Origin: an uncultured bacterium | Lineage (GTDB): Bacteria > Eisenbacteria > RBG-16-71-46 > CAIMUX01 | Assembly (NCBI GenBank): GCA_964371055.1 | Contig: CAYJLF010000025.1 | Coordinates: 10,029 to 74,028 of the forward strand | DNA length: 64,000 nt | Reading direction: 5' to 3' | Part shown: positions 37,825 through 46,990 of the stretch, in pieces | Numbering within the stretch: position 1 is the first letter of the stretch | How the letters are laid out: every line of letters starts with the position of its first letter | The notes under the pieces: generated by a model | What the model saw: only the letters and a program-made list of their open reading frames with translations | Database searches by the model: none | What the model was told of the DNA's origin: nothing | Made by a program: the position numbers and the translations under genes

Positions 37825-40707
37825 TTGGCTCGTCTGCCCGCCACCCCGGGGGGAACCGTGCGACTCGGACCATGGGCGTTCTGCATTCTGTCGGCTCTGG
37901 CGGCCGTCGGTCTGGCCGCGGGGGGCGGCCTCGCGGACCGATTCGCGGCGGCGGATTCGCTCCTGCGGCTTCGCCGGGCCGACGATGCCGCGGCCATTCT
38001 GGACTCGGTGCGCGCCTCGGCCGAGCGACGGGGAGCGCCGGGAGAGCGCCTCGCCGTCCTCCTGGAGCAGGCCCGCCTGAACGGACTCGTCGGACGGCCC
38101 AAGCCTGGCCGCGAGAGCGCCGCGAAGGCCCTCGAACTTGCATCGACTCTCCGCGACACCCTGGCGGTCTGCCGCGCCCTCCGCTGGCTCGCCGTCGCCG
38201 CGCAACACGAAGGCGCGATGCCCGAGGCGCGGATCTGCGCACAGCGACTCCTCGAGCTGGCGCGTGCCCACGGAGACCGTTTCCACGAGGGGCAGGGGCA
38301 CCTCCTGACGGCCTACAGCGATCTCGTGATGGGTGACGTCCGCGCAGCCGAACCGGAGTACGAGGCGGCGATTCCAGCCTTTGTCGAGGTCAGGAACCTG
38401 GTCTTCGAGCTGATGGCGGTCCAGGGTCTCGGTCAGATCCTGCATGGCCGCGGCGAGGTCGACGGGGCGCGCGGCTGCTTCCTCCGGGTCCTTCAGGGCA
38501 GTCGGGCACTCGCGGACCCGTTTGGGGAGGCACGCGCCCTCAATGACCTCGGCGTGCTCGAGTTTGTCTACGGTGATCCCTCGGCGGCCGAGGCGTACTA
38601 TCGGCAGGCCCTCGAACTGCAGGTGGCGAACGGGGATCTGGCTCAGAGCGCGGTCGCGGCCACGAACCTGGCGATCTGCCACAGCGCCATCGGCGAATAC
38701 GATGAGGCCCTCGCTCTGCTCACGGAGACGCGGAAGCGGTGCGAAGAGGCCGGCTATCGCGGGACGCAGTCGGCGGTGCTCGAGGAAATGGGGTTGGTGC
38801 GCCGCGACCAGGGGGAGTATCGGGAGGCGGCCGCGCTGTTCCGCCGGGCGGCAGATCTCGCCCGCGGGTCATCCCCGGACCAACTGGGCCTCTGCCTGGT
38901 CGGACTGGCGGAGGTGCTCGCCTTCCAGGACAGCATCGGCGCGGGCCTGGCCACGCTCGAAGAGGGCAGCCGGACGATCCGTGGCCTCGTTACGCCGGCG
39001 ACCCTCTTCGACATCGAGCGGATGCGCGGAAGCCTTCTCCTCTGGATGGATCGGCCCGCCGAGGCGCTGGTGCATCTCCGGGCGGCGGACCGCATCGGTC
39101 GGACCCTGGAGCTGAGCTTTCTCGTGGGCACACTGGCCTATGCGGGGCGTTGCCATGATCTGCTGGGATGTCCCGACAGCGCCGGCCTCGTGCTCGCACG
39201 CGCGGCCGAGGTCTGGGAGGGGGATCGCGCGCGCCCGCACGACCCCTGCTGGCGGGAACAGGTGGAGTACAACGGGCGTCGTCTGTACAACGAGATCGCC
39301 CGTCACATCTGGAGCGGGAACGCCACGACCCTGACGGGGGAGCGTTCCGGCGCGGCCTTCGACGCTTTGCAGCGCTTCAAGGCCCGCACGCTGCGCGAGC
39401 GGATGCTTGGCGCGTTCTCCGCCCGGCCTGACACGGGGTCGGGGCCGGGAGCGACCGTCGAGGCCATCCGCGCCTCGGTCACACTGTCCGAGCTGCAGAA
39501 GCGCTGGCTCGGACCCGACGAGCTGCTGCTCGACTTCTTCCTTGGGGACGATGCGATCTACCTCTTCGGCGTCACTCGGTCGGAGTGCCGGGCCTTGCGA
39601 GTGGTCTGTGACACGAAGGAACTCCGGCGCGCGCTCCTTCGATACCGGGAGCTGGCGGCCGCGCGACCGGGACCGCAGTTGGGTTCGAGCCCACCAGCGC
39701 AGTCGGATCCGGCCGACCTGCTGGATGCCGCCGGGCGGCGCCTGTCCACGCTCGTGCTCTCTCCGGTGGCGGATCTCCTCGCGGCTCACTCCCGCGTCGC
39801 CTTGGTCCTCGACGGCGAGCTGAACCTGGTTCCCGTCGAGGCGTGGCCATCACCTGATGATCCGAAGGCGAGCGGTCCGCCGGAGCCTCTCTTCGTCCGG
39901 CACAGGATCACGAGAATTCCGTCGGCGACCCTGTGGCGGGACCAGCGGGCGGGAGGAGCACATCCGTCCACCGGCGCTCCGAGGCGTGAGGTGCTGGCGC
40001 TCCTCGGGCCGGAGCCTCCCGAGACCGGCCCGGGGCCGAGGGAGTCGGCCTCGGGATGGGCGGATCGGGGCAGTTCTCTCCCGGGCGCGGCGAACGAAGT
40101 CCGTTGGCTGCGGCGCTCGTTCCAGGGCGTACGTGTGCTTCCCGCGGCGGATTCCGCCCACTGGCTCGCGGCGCTCCGACGATGTGGCGTCCTCCACCTC
40201 GCTTCCCACGTACAGGTCGATGACGTGCATCCATGGCGTTCGGGACTTCCCGAGCTGCGGGCTCAGCAGATCGCGGGGCTGCGCCTCCCCGCCGGGCTGG
40301 TGTTTCTCGCCGGTTGCGAATCGGCCGGCGGGCGACTCGTGTCGGGGGAGGGAGTCCTGGGATTGACGTCGGCCTTCGTGTCGGCCAGTGTGCCGTCCGT
40401 CGTCGCGACCCTCTGGCCGGTCAGCGACCGGGCCACGAACCGGCTGGCGCGGGTCTTCTACTCCGCGCTCGCGGATGGACGCCCGGTGGGCGAAGCGCTG
40501 CGCGTGGCCCAGCAAGCGGTCCGCGCCGATCCGCGGACGCGTCACCCGTTCTACTGGGCGGGATTCGTGCTGGTCGGAGAGAATGGAACCGTGATCCCGC
40601 TTCAGCGCCGGCGGATGGGGCCGATCGCACTGGCTCTGGCGGCGGGGGCCCTGTCGCTGGGCGTGATCGGACGGGCTTGGCGGTTGAGATCCAGCCGAGC
40701 GGCGTGA
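37825..40707 (+). CDS. TPR-repeat protein with a C-terminal CHAT (caspase-like) domain and a terminal transmembrane helix. The start is TTG at 37825 or GTG at 37858.
   Basis: Multiple TPR-like repeats occur through residues about 60-450. The C-terminal region carries the His/Cys dyad typical of CHAT (VLHLASHVQV ... LVFLAGCESAGG). The final segment (MGPIALALAAGALSLGVIGRAW) is hydrophobic. Confidence 0.8.
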   Translation: MARLPATPGGTVRLGPWAFCILSALAAVGLAAGGGLADRFAAADSLLRLRRADDAAAILDSVRASAERRGAPGERLAVLLEQARLNGLVGRPKPGRESAAKALELASTLRDTLAVCRALRWLAVAAQHEGAMPEARICAQRLLELARAHGDRFHEGQGHLLTAYSDLVMGDVRAAEPEYEAAIPAFVEVRNLVFELMAVQGLGQILHGRGEVDGARGCFLRVLQGSRALADPFGEARALNDLGVLEFVYGDPSAAEAYYRQALELQVANGDLAQSAVAATNLAICHSAIGEYDEALALLTETRKRCEEAGYRGTQSAVLEEMGLVRRDQGEYREAAALFRRAADLARGSSPDQLGLCLVGLAEVLAFQDSIGAGLATLEEGSRTIRGLVTPATLFDIERMRGSLLLWMDRPAEALVHLRAADRIGRTLELSFLVGTLAYAGRCHDLLGCPDSAGLVLARAAEVWEGDRARPHDPCWREQVEYNGRRLYNEIARHIWSGNATTLTGERSGAAFDALQRFKARTLRERMLGAFSARPDTGSGPGATVEAIRASVTLSELQKRWLGPDELLLDFFLGDDAIYLFGVTRSECRALRVVCDTKELRRALLRYRELAAARPGPQLGSSPPAQSDPADLLDAAGRRLSTLVLSPVADLLAAHSRVALVLDGELNLVPVEAWPSPDDPKASGPPEPLFVRHRITRIPSATLWRDQRAGGAHPSTGAPRREVLALLGPEPPETGPGPRESASGWADRGSSLPGAANEVRWLRRSFQGVRVLPAADSAHWLAALRRCGVLHLASHVQVDDVHPWRSGLPELRAQQIAGLRLPAGLVFLAGCESAGGRLVSGEGVLGLTSAFVSASVPSVVATLWPVSDRATNRLARVFYSALADGRPVGEALRVAQQAVRADPRTRHPFYWAGFVLVGENGTVIPLQRRRMGPIALALAAGALSLGVIGRAWRLRSSRAA

Positions 40708-40735
40708 TTCCGGCCCGGAGGATGTCTCCAACAAG

Positions 40736-41338
40736 ATGAAGGATCCGGCAACGCACAACGCGGCCGACGAAGATCTGGTCCGGGCCTACCAGCGGGACCC
40801 GACCGGCACGGACGGACGCGCCGCCGCGGAGGCGCTCTTCGAGCGCTACTGGGAGCGTGTCTATCTCTGGTGCCACCGGAGGGCCGGCCACCATGAGACG
40901 GCGCGCGATCTCGCGCAGGACGTGCTCTTGAGCGCGTACCAGGCGCTGGTTTCGTTCGAGGGGCGGTGCCTGTACAGCTCGTGGCTCTTCACGATCATGC
41001 GGAACCGCTGCTGTCGGTCCCTGCGCCGTCCGAGCCTGCTCCGCGACGAGGAGGTCGAGGTCGATCGCCTGGCCGGGGGAGCGACTCCTGCGGACGCGTC
41101 TCTGGCGGAACAGGAGGACGAAGAGGAGGTGCTTCGGCTGATCTGCACCCACCTGAATCCGACGGAGCAGGCCGCGCTCTGGCTGCGCGTGATGGAGCGC
41201 CTGCCGGTGGAGGAGATCACCCGTCGATTGGAGATCTCCACGACGTCGGGGGCGCGCGGAGTGCTCCAGAGCGGGCGCCGGAAACTCCGGGCCGCCCTCG
41301 ACCAGCGAGCACAGAGTCAGGGGGGCGAACTCCCATGA
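40736..41338 (+). CDS. ECF-type RNA polymerase sigma factor (sigma-70 family, group 4)
   Basis: Region 2 (LVRAYQRDPTGTDGRAAAEALFERYWERVYLWCHRRAG ... DLAQDVLLSAYQAL) and region 4 (LNPTEQAALWLRVMERLPVEEITRRLEISTTSGARGVLQSGRRKLR) are both present. Confidence 0.85.
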   Translation: MKDPATHNAADEDLVRAYQRDPTGTDGRAAAEALFERYWERVYLWCHRRAGHHETARDLAQDVLLSAYQALVSFEGRCLYSSWLFTIMRNRCCRSLRRPSLLRDEEVEVDRLAGGATPADASLAEQEDEEEVLRLICTHLNPTEQAALWLRVMERLPVEEITRRLEISTTSGARGVLQSGRRKLRAALDQRAQSQGGELP

Positions 41339-42060
41339 GCCAGCCGTGCATCCCACCGGACGATCTCGGACGGGTCCTGGGGCTTCCCGCGGACTCGCCG
41401 GAACGCCGGCACCTCGACACGTGTCCTCGCTGCGGAGCCCTCCGCTCGACCTATCAGGAGTTCGTCGAGGACCGCTCGGTTCCCCCAGGAGCCGATCCCC
41501 GGGAGGCCCGCGCGCACCTCCGAGCGGCGTTTCGCGAGATCGCGGGATCGAGAGGGACATCTCCTGCGCGTGCCGCCGTCACGCCCGCGGGCGCCGGCTC
41601 GAACCTCCCGGCACGACTCCGGAACCTCGTCCGCGACCTGAGCCGCGCGCGCGTTCTCGCGCCGACCGCCGCCGCCATCCTCTTCGTGGTCGGCCTGTAT
41701 GCGATCCTCGAGCGGTCCCCTTCGGACACCGGGCCGGATCCGCTGCGCGGCGCCGAACGCCCGGGCCAGATCGGGGCCGGACCGATCTCCCTCCTCCCGG
41801 CCACACCCCGCGGACCGGACTGCGTAGAGTTGTCCTGGCGCTCCGTCCCCGGCGCGACCTCCTACGAGGTGGTGGTCATGGGCGACGATCTCGCCGACCT
41901 TGGGCGGCTGCCGGTCGCCGGCGACACCTGCTGCGTGGTCTGCTGGGCGGATCTCCGGCCGGCCCCGCCCCCTGGCACCCTCGTCGGCTGGCAGGTCGTC
42001 GCGCTCCGCGACGCCACGCTCGTGTCGCGTTCTCCCATCGGAGCCATCCGTCGGCCCTGA
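41335..42060 (+). CDS. Putative anti-sigma factor (zinc-finger, single-pass membrane) with an extracytoplasmic Fn3-like domain
   Basis: The ATG overlaps the sigma-factor stop (ATGA). A zf-HC2-like motif (HLDTCPRCG) is present. There is one transmembrane helix (VLAPTAAAILFVVGLYAIL). The C-terminal beta-rich domain is CVELSWRSVPGATSYEVVV. Confidence 0.6.
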   Translation: MSQPCIPPDDLGRVLGLPADSPERRHLDTCPRCGALRSTYQEFVEDRSVPPGADPREARAHLRAAFREIAGSRGTSPARAAVTPAGAGSNLPARLRNLVRDLSRARVLAPTAAAILFVVGLYAILERSPSDTGPDPLRGAERPGQIGAGPISLLPATPRGPDCVELSWRSVPGATSYEVVVMGDDLADLGRLPVAGDTCCVVCWADLRPAPPPGTLVGWQVVALRDATLVSRSPIGAIRRP

Positions 42061-42185
42061 CTCTGTGAGTCTCACGGACGCGCCCTGTGATTCCTCTGGA
42101 TCCCCTGACTCCAAGAGGACAAGGGCGGCCGTCCCGTCCGGCCGCGGCGCTCCCCACCGTGAGTGAGAGAGGAGGTTTTTCCGGG

Positions 42186-43076
42186 ATGAACATCAGAACA
42201 CTGTGGCGGGCGTTGCCCGCCTTGATCCTCGCGGCCGGCCTCCTCGGTCCGCCGGGAGGGGTGCGCGCCGCCGATGACGGCGCCGCCGAGGTCACGGCGT
42301 TCGTCATCACAAACTGGAACGCAGAGTGCGACGCCAACCGGATCAACGACTGGGACAACATGGTGCGCGCCTGGTACAACGAGATGCGGGACGACGACGC
42401 GCCTCCGGACGGCCACGGCCTGGGTGCCTACGCGATCGGCTGGTTGAACAACGACAATTGGATCGTCGACAGCCAGTTCTGTGACCCCGACCTCGTCTCC
42501 TGGGGCGACGACGTGAACCATGCGGAGGTGCCCGACGCTTTCATGGCCGGCCTCCACGGCGGCAACAACAGCAACGACCACCGCTGGATCGGCTACGTCA
42601 AATACGACGAACCGGGCGGCGGCAACTGCTGGACCTACCAGGGTCACATCAAGCTGGGGGACGACGATCTCGAGTTCTTCCATCTCTCCTCCTGCTACAG
42701 CATGGATCGCGAGGACTGGTGGAACGAGTGGAACAGCTCCTTCGACGGGCTGCACGAGGTCGACGGGTTCCACGGTGTCATGTGGATCGACGACGACTAC
42801 GCTTCGGACTACCGGCGCTTCGCGGACGACGCCTACTGGATGTCGATCGCCGAATCCTGGGTGGACCACATGTACCAGTCGCCCTGGTTCCGCGCCGATC
42901 AGTGCCCCGTCTCGCGCGTGGTCGGGTTCGACGCGGACGACAGCCGCGACCGGCTGAATTCCGAACGCTACAACGACGTTTTCGCCGATCCGCCGGGCTA
43001 CCCCAATCAACCGAGGAGCCATCGGGCGAAGTACATCGGAGGCTGTGACCCCGAGGGAATGGGAGAACTGCCATGA
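42186..43076 (+). CDS. Secreted Asp/Trp-rich hypothetical protein
   Basis: A strong RBS (GAGAGGAGG) and a signal peptide (MNIRTLWRALPALILAAGLLGPPGGVRA) are present. No family was recognised. The stop overlaps the next gene start. Confidence 0.5.
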   Translation: MNIRTLWRALPALILAAGLLGPPGGVRAADDGAAEVTAFVITNWNAECDANRINDWDNMVRAWYNEMRDDDAPPDGHGLGAYAIGWLNNDNWIVDSQFCDPDLVSWGDDVNHAEVPDAFMAGLHGGNNSNDHRWIGYVKYDEPGGGNCWTYQGHIKLGDDDLEFFHLSSCYSMDREDWWNEWNSSFDGLHEVDGFHGVMWIDDDYASDYRRFADDAYWMSIAESWVDHMYQSPWFRADQCPVSRVVGFDADDSRDRLNSERYNDVFADPPGYPNQPRSHRAKYIGGCDPEGMGELP

Positions 43077-44311
43077 ACATCCGAACAGACCGAGCGGCCG
43101 TGCTCACCGGCGCCGCCACGGCGTTGCTGGCACTGCTGACCATTCTCCCCGCGCCCGCCCGGCCGGAGGAGGGAACGCCCCCCCCGCCGATTCCGCGGGT
43201 GAAAGACATGAGCTATTACCTCGCTCTCGTCAACACGACGCTGCCTTCCTTTTCTTCTTCCATGATCACCGTTCCGAACGGACCCGACTGGATGGCCGGA
43301 AAGACCGTCGCCGCCGTGGCGGCGGCGATGCTGGACTCTCCTCCGGGCACCATCCTGACCAGCGGTCAGATCGTCATGGGATTCGACCCGCCGGACGGCC
43401 CCCGCTACATCAAGATCGACTTCGGCGACGCGTACATCCGTCACGCGAACCAGGACCGGTCGTTCCGCGCCGGTCTTCCCTGCACGGCCGTGCCGGCGAC
43501 CTCGGCGGACGCGGCTTTCACGGCCACGGTGGGGGCGCTCGGCCTGCCTACTTCCGAGTGGGACGCGCGCACCGTCGACCTGGTCATGGAACGGGGCGTC
43601 GACGGCGAGGCGCAGGACCCGACCCCGGAGCTGATCTGCCAGGTCGAGCGCATGGTCACGATGACGCGCAAAGCGGCCAACGGCTACCCGATCTTTGGCT
43701 CGATCGCCCGGGAGGCGATATCCAACGCTGGCGAGCGGGCACGGCTCCTGATCGAGTGGCCCCGGTTCGTCATGGCGACGGGGCTCGTCATGCGGACCCG
43801 CACCGAGGTGGTGGCCGACCTGGCCCAGCGGATCCTGGCCGCCGAGAGCAACGGGACCTCCCTCGGCGCTGAGGTCGATCTGGAGATCCGCCTCGGGTAC
43901 GCGCCGACGCCCGAGGGGTACGTGCCGGTCGCACGGGCGGCCTTCCTCGACATCTATGCCCGCTTCCCCGGGCAAGTCGTGAACATGCCCCTGGCGTACA
44001 ACCCGTCGTCGGAAGTGGCAACACCGGGGTCGATCGCCGAGGTGCAATTCCGGACCCGGATCGATCCGGTCGGCGGGATTGCGGTCGCGGAGTTCTTCCT
44101 GCCGCGGCCCGAGTCCGTTCGCCTCGCGATCGTCGACGTCACTGGCCGCGAGGTCGCGACGGTGGCGGATGGCGCCTTCTCCGCGGGCTGGCACCAGGTT
44201 TCCTGGAACCTTCGCGACCGCGAAAATCGGCGTGTTTCTTCGGGCGTTTACTTCGCCCGGCTCGAGGCCGGCCGGGAGAGTCCCACGCGCAAGCTGCTGG
44301 TCGTGCATTGA
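43073..44311 (+). CDS. Secreted hypothetical protein with a C-terminal Por/T9SS-type (FlgD-Ig-like) sorting domain
   Basis: The signal peptide is MNIRTDRAAVLTGAATALLALL. The C-terminus (VDVTGREVATVADGAFSAGWHQVSWNLRDRENRRVSSGVYFARLEAGRESPTRKLLVVH) matches the TIGR04183/FlgD_ig-like tail pattern. Confidence 0.55.
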   Translation: MNIRTDRAAVLTGAATALLALLTILPAPARPEEGTPPPPIPRVKDMSYYLALVNTTLPSFSSSMITVPNGPDWMAGKTVAAVAAAMLDSPPGTILTSGQIVMGFDPPDGPRYIKIDFGDAYIRHANQDRSFRAGLPCTAVPATSADAAFTATVGALGLPTSEWDARTVDLVMERGVDGEAQDPTPELICQVERMVTMTRKAANGYPIFGSIAREAISNAGERARLLIEWPRFVMATGLVMRTRTEVVADLAQRILAAESNGTSLGAEVDLEIRLGYAPTPEGYVPVARAAFLDIYARFPGQVVNMPLAYNPSSEVATPGSIAEVQFRTRIDPVGGIAVAEFFLPRPESVRLAIVDVTGREVATVADGAFSAGWHQVSWNLRDRENRRVSSGVYFARLEAGRESPTRKLLVVH

Positions 44312-44347
44312 TCCGCGAGCACGCCGGACGGGCCCTCGACGAGAGCA

Positions 44348-44376
44348 TTGCGCGCGGCTTCGAGGAGTGCCATACT
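44348..44376 (+). promoter_or_regulatory. Candidate sigma-70-like promoter (TTGCGC-N17-CATACT) about 50 nt upstream of the 44429 gene
   Basis: The hexamers and the 17-bp spacer were seen by eye. This is the only reasonably AT-containing -10-like hexamer in the 117-bp intergenic region. Confidence 0.25.
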
Positions 44377-44428
44377 CTCTGGTGCTCCTCAATGGCGATC
44401 GGTACCGGCGTGTCCGTAGGAGGACCTC

Positions 44429-46186
44429 ATGAGCACCATCGGCGGAACCCGTTTGCGCGTCGACGGGGTGGTTGTAGCCCTTCTGCTCTCGCTGGCCGCC
44501 GCGCGGACGGCCTCGGCTGCCGACATGCGACCGACGGGGACGAACTACACCGCCGATCGTGGCGGACGTCCCAGCCTGACGACCCCGGCCGCGAGCGCGG
44601 CGGAACTCCTGCAGTGCCTGCTCGGCCCGGACGTCACCGTGACGAATGCTGTCCTCGTCGGTGCGACGCAAGCGGCGGGCACGTTCGTTGGAGCTCTCGG
44701 CGTGATCGGCTTCGATCAGGGGATCATCCTGAGTTCAGGTGACATCGGCACTCTCGCGGGTCCGAATGTTGGCGATGCCGCCTCGACCGTCAACCTGACG
44801 CCGGGGGATCCCGACCTCGACGCGCTCATCCCCGGATACACGACCTTCGACGCGGTCGTTCTCGAGTTTGACTTCACCTGCCCGGCCGCCCAGGATGTCT
44901 TGTTCCAATACGTCTTCGGCTCCGAGGAGTACAACGAGTGGGTCGACAGCCCGTTCAACGATGTCTTCGGATTCTTCCTGAACGGTACGAACATCGCGCG
45001 GGCGCCGGCCGGCTGCAGCAACGCCGGGGCGCCAGTCTCGATCAACCATGTGAACTGTGGCAATCCCTACTCGGGCGCCGGGCCGAACTGCAACTGCTAC
45101 CGGAACAACGACCTCGACGACGGTGGCGGTTTCATCGACACGGAGCTGGATGGCTTGACCCAGGTGTTTTTCGCCTCCGGCACGATTCTCCCGGGCACCA
45201 ATCACATCAAGATCGCGATCGCCGACGCGGGTGACCAGGTCCTGGACTCCGATGTCATGATCCGTTGCCAGAGCTTCACCTGCGGGTCTGCGCCCGTCAC
45301 CGGAGCCTGTTGTCTCCCCTCGGGGCAGTGCATCACGCTGACGAATGGCGACTGCACCGCCAACGGCGGGACGTATCACGGTGACCACGCTCCGTGCGTG
45401 CCCAGCCCGTGCGGAACGGCCTTCGGCGCCTGCTGTTTTCCGGACATGTCGTGCGAGGTCGAGGATCCCGATATGTGTGGGGTGAACGGTGGCATCTATC
45501 AGGGCGACGGGACGCCCTGCGTGCCCAACCCGTGCGGTGCGGCCATCGGCGCCTGCTGCTACGGCGACGGGCAGTGTGTTCTCACGGATCCGTTTGGCTG
45601 CGGTGGCATGTACATGGGCGATTGGACCGCCTGCGATCCCAATCCGTGTGGCGACCTGACCGGAGCATGCTGCGCCGATGCCGCGATCTGCGAAATCCAG
45701 CTCATGAGTCATTGCGGCGACGTGTTCATGGGCGTCGGGACGACGTGCGATCCGAATCCGTGCGAGGCCATCGTCGGCGCCTGCTGCCATGACAATGGGA
45801 CCTGTCAGGTCACGCTTGAGGTCGACTGCGGCGACCTGTACATGGGAGCCCGCACGGTGTGCGATCCCAACCCGTGTTTGACGGCCGGCGTGCCCGAGCC
45901 CCCGTCCGCCGACGCGCTTTCCATCCGCCCGTCCCCGAACCCCTCCGCCCGCGGCACAATCATGCTGGTCTCGGGACCGGCGGGGTCCTCCGCGCGGATT
46001 GTCGTGTTCGACGCATCGGGCCGGGTCGTGCGGCAGCTCTGGCAGGGTGCGCTGAGCGGGCAGGCGTTCGGTGTGACCTGGGACGGCAGGGATGACTCCG
46101 GCCGAGAAGTCCCGGCCGGCGTGTATCTGCTGAGGCTGACCACCCCGGCGGCGGAGACGACGAGCAGGGTTGTGGTGGCGCGCTAG
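44429..46186 (+). CDS. Secreted multidomain protein: choice-of-anchor-L-like N-terminal domain, five 40-aa cysteine-rich repeats and a C-terminal Por/T9SS-type sorting domain
   Basis: A signal peptide is present. N-terminal motifs (LEFDFTC ... VLFQYVFGSEEYNEWVDSPFNDVFGFFLNG) resemble the choice-of-anchor L domain. There are five repeats of the form GACCx5Cx7Cx3GGxYxGDxTxCxPNPC. The C-terminus is ARIVVFDASGRVVRQLWQGALSGQAFGVTWDGRDDSGREVPAGVYLLRLTT. Confidence 0.6.
   Translation: MSTIGGTRLRVDGVVVALLLSLAAARTASAADMRPTGTNYTADRGGRPSLTTPAASAAELLQCLLGPDVTVTNAVLVGATQAAGTFVGALGVIGFDQGIILSSGDIGTLAGPNVGDAASTVNLTPGDPDLDALIPGYTTFDAVVLEFDFTCPAAQDVLFQYVFGSEEYNEWVDSPFNDVFGFFLNGTNIARAPAGCSNAGAPVSINHVNCGNPYSGAGPNCNCYRNNDLDDGGGFIDTELDGLTQVFFASGTILPGTNHIKIAIADAGDQVLDSDVMIRCQSFTCGSAPVTGACCLPSGQCITLTNGDCTANGGTYHGDHAPCVPSPCGTAFGACCFPDMSCEVEDPDMCGVNGGIYQGDGTPCVPNPCGAAIGACCYGDGQCVLTDPFGCGGMYMGDWTACDPNPCGDLTGACCADAAICEIQLMSHCGDVFMGVGTTCDPNPCEAIVGACCHDNGTCQVTLEVDCGDLYMGARTVCDPNPCLTAGVPEPPSADALSIRPSPNPSARGTIMLVSGPAGSSARIVVFDASGRVVRQLWQGALSGQAFGVTWDGRDDSGREVPAGVYLLRLTTPAAETTSRVVVAR
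45284..45877 (+). repeat. Five tandem intragenic repeats of about 120 bp encoding the 40-aa cysteine-rich module
   Basis: Consecutive protein segments have the same cysteine spacing: SAPVTGACCLPSGQCITLTNGDCTANGGTYHGDHAPCVPSPC, GTAFGACCFPDMSCEVEDPDMCGVNGGIYQGDGTPCVPNPC, GAAIGACCYGDGQCVLTDPFGCGGMYMGDWTACDPNPC, GDLTGACCADAAICEIQLMSHCGDVFMGVGTTCDPNPC and EAIVGACCHDNGTCQVTLEVDCGDLYMGARTVCDPNPC. Confidence 0.8.
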
Positions 46187-46355
46187 CGGGGCGAAGGAGA
46201 AGTAGCGTCGCTCACCCCGCGCCGGGCCGCATCGTCGGGCGCGTGACGGGACCTCGCCGCGGAATCGCGCCGGCTCTTGAACCATCCGGGCGATCGAGCG
46301 GCCCGGACACGGGCCGGTGGCCGATCTCTTCCGTGCCCCGCTGCGAAAACCCCGC

Positions 46356-46883
46356 TCAGGCCCCCTTCACCCACTGAATCGAGCTGACCGTGGGATCGAA
46401 GTCCCGCGCCATCCCTTCCAGCAGGAGGACCCACGGACCGACCTGGTAGAGGAAGTAGTCCTTCCCCTCGCCGTCGATCTTCCAGCCCGGCTGCCCCGCG
46501 ATCGTGAGGGGCGCGGCTGCCTTGAAGAGGCCCTGGGCGCCGCGTGCGCTCGCCTCGACGGCGCCGGCCGCCGCCTGCGCACCGGCCGCGGCCGGGTACT
46601 TCGCGGCGTAGACCGTGATCCGGATCTGTCCCGGAGCGCCGTACGCGGCCACCCAGCTATCGACCGGAGCCGACGCGCCGGGCAGGACGGCGGAGACCAT
46701 CGACTGCGACTCCGCGTGCCGGAAGAGCTGGACCTGCTGAAGGGGACCGATCGCCGCCGGTGCCGCCGCGTCGAGCGGCTTCGAGGCGCAGCCCCAGAGG
46801 ATCAGCCCCGCGGCCAGGGACAAGAGAGCGACGCCGACCGAAGCCGGACGCGACGCTCGATGGGAGGAGAGTTGGTGGTTCAT
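46356..46883 (-). CDS. Hypothetical lipoprotein
   Basis: A signal peptide with a lipobox (LILWGCAS) is present and GC3 is high. The ORF is convergent with the upstream + strand gene. Confidence 0.45.
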   Translation of the reverse strand: MNHQLSSHRASRPASVGVALLSLAAGLILWGCASKPLDAAAPAAIGPLQQVQLFRHAESQSMVSAVLPGASAPVDSWVAAYGAPGQIRITVYAAKYPAAAGAQAAAGAVEASARGAQGLFKAAAPLTIAGQPGWKIDGEGKDYFLYQVGPWVLLLEGMARDFDPTVSSIQWVKGA

Positions 46884-46990
46884 GGTCCGAGAATCTGTGG
46901 GTCCGGGGAGGCGCTGTCAAGGCTCGGGTGCAGCCGGCCGCTTGTCGGGCCGCTTGTCCCGCCGCGGCCCCTCTGTCATGGTACCCGCCG

